This document shows positions 62,156-64,000 of a DNA stretch of 64,000 bases, one piece after another. Source of the DNA: Hemiscyllium ocellatum (lineage: Eukaryota); assembly GCF_020745735.1 (NCBI RefSeq), contig NW_026867529.1:124001-188000 (forward strand). Direction: 5' to 3'. Below the pieces are notes generated by a model, which was given only the letters and a program-made list of their open reading frames with translations, was not told where the DNA came from and made no database searches. A program made the position numbers and the translations under genes. Every line of letters begins with the position of its first letter. Positions within the stretch are counted from its first letter, which is position 1.

Positions 62156-64000
62156 CCTCATTTTTATCAAGGCAATCACACATTATATTTCTTGATTCCA
62201 GGGAAGTATAGTGTTAAATTAATGAAATATGATGATTGGGATGTTTCAATTGGAAATTGTCAGAGATTTAAAGTTTACTTTCATGAGCAATTATTTCCAG
62301 CCTCATTGTGTCACAGTACTCACAGGAATGTCTTTCAGAAATGGTGTCTCCCTTTGTTATGGGCAGTCGAATCAGTAAATCTGGGATAATCTTTGCTTGT
62401 TAAATAAAGGTGTTAAAGAGTTTTAGCCAAGGGAGACCTGTGGATTGAGCTCACAGATGCACCATGATCTAAGTAAGTGGTGGAACAGCTCGAGGGGCTG
62501 AGTGCCCTCCTCTTGTTCCTACCTTCCTATCATTGTGTCATTCATTAAGCTAGCACTGGCCGTGAATACTTTTTATTAAAATATTTCAACAAATTAATTG
62601 TTTCACACATGCTTTAAAAAAAACTTGTTGATTATTTTGAACGGGATCATTGACATTCTCAATTTGAATGATCAAAATAACTTCCACCCAATGACAGCAG
62701 CCACTGCACTCTGCAGTGTGTTGTTACTTCATAATAGTTTCTTGTGAAACTACAGCTCGAGATCAGGGCACTCAAATTCAATAATATCTCTGAACATTCG
62801 CAATTTGTTCAAATGCGTCTTTTCTCTGAAGAACGTGTTTAATCGAACAGAACTTTTTTCAATGAAACAACAAACTTTAAATGCTAGAAAACCAAAATAA
62901 AGACAGAAACTTCTGAAGAAACTCAGCAGGTCTAGCAGCTCCTGTGGAGAGAAGGCAAGGTTAACCTTTCGCATCCAAAGACCCCCTCTTCACCAAATTG
63001 TTTTCATGTTTTTGGCACAACAGCTCACACCCGTTGAGATAAACAGTGATTACGTTGGCTTGACTCCTGTTGGAAACAGAATTCTTAGCAGAGGTACTGG
63101 ATGGTCTGAGACAGCAATGGAAGACCAACTGAAAAGCTATCACCATCTGCTGCAAGTGTTGGATTCAGCAGAACCCTCACCGTACTGAACTATCAAATTC
63201 AGCTACAGCACTGGTTTAATATAAAGTAAAACAGCCTCAGCATAATCTCATCAAATATACTTTGAAAATGATTCATTCGGGATTAGTTATAAATGATATT
63301 GTTAGAACAGCAAGTCAAAAGCTGGGATTTCTTTGAGCACTTACTCCATTAACCCCATCTCGCGATGCCCAAAAGCTTGTGAACAAATATTGATCTGGAA
63401 AAAGTGCTAACCACCAAAATTCTGTTTAATATCTAAGAGACACAAGTCAGGACAGCGATTGAATAGATTTCACTAGCCTCTGTGAGTGGAATTCCAACAA
63501 ACACCCAAACATCTCAATCTGCTTTCTTGCATTGAAGTAACCTGATAAGAGATGGTGTTACATACCTCTCTAACAGGTTGTAAGTGAACACAGACCACCT
63601 GGCACAGAATCAGGGACCCTACTATAACTTCACAACAGACCTGAACACAATGAGCTCGACACTATCACGGAGAACATAGCCCACCTGTTTTGACAGTACA
63701 TAAACCATGTTAGTTATTAACACCTTCCAACAATCAGGGATTGTTCCAGAATGTTTGTACAATGAAAGTAACATTTCAACATTTATCCAAGAATACTTTG
63801 ACAGCAGCTCCAAATTGTTCAAACTCTATGGGAACTACAGAGCAATAAAACTCGGAATTGCATTGCCACTGTCACTGGATTCCACCCTCGAACTCTCTTC
63901 CTCTTTCCCCTGTGAATGTTGCTGCACCAGACGGTCTACTGAGTTTGAAAAAGTTTAAAATGTTTTGAAGTGTACTATGACCGTTGCCAGTGACATTTAA

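Noticed and set aside
57987-64000. JH/DH/VH segments or RSS upstream of CH1
   Set aside because: I found no WGxGTxVTV-coding segment and no heptamer-spacer-nonamer by eye; they probably lie outside the window.

Overview
Eukaryotic, repeat-rich genomic DNA from a cartilaginous fish. It is most likely a shark, and a carpet/bamboo shark is a guess from the repeat families. The only host gene I can support is the constant region of an IgM heavy-chain cluster on the minus strand: CH1 57678-57986, CH2 54253-54564, CH3 51975-52283, CH4 plus secretory tail 51135-51526, TM1 45761-45888 and TM2 45613-45621. All six exons are open, in phase and have canonical splice sites. No V, D or J segment or RSS was recognised, so these should lie beyond 64000. 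The rest of the window holds CR1-type LINEs (one near-intact), HE1-type tRNA-derived SINEs, a decayed spuma/loki-like endogenous retrovirus (~32.2-35.9 kb), a 46-bp and a 7.5-kb 33-bp minisatellite, and many Penelope-like (PLE) inserts. The most striking structure is a set of PLE inserts carrying minimal hammerhead ribozymes from at least two sequence families, several with intact cores. Most form tail-out palindromes flanked by 11-17 bp target-site duplications. In five of six, one arm ends at a fixed short position and the other about 30-40 nt further on. One insert also holds a ~207-bp ribozyme-to-ribozyme tandem unit resembling a retrozyme monomer.
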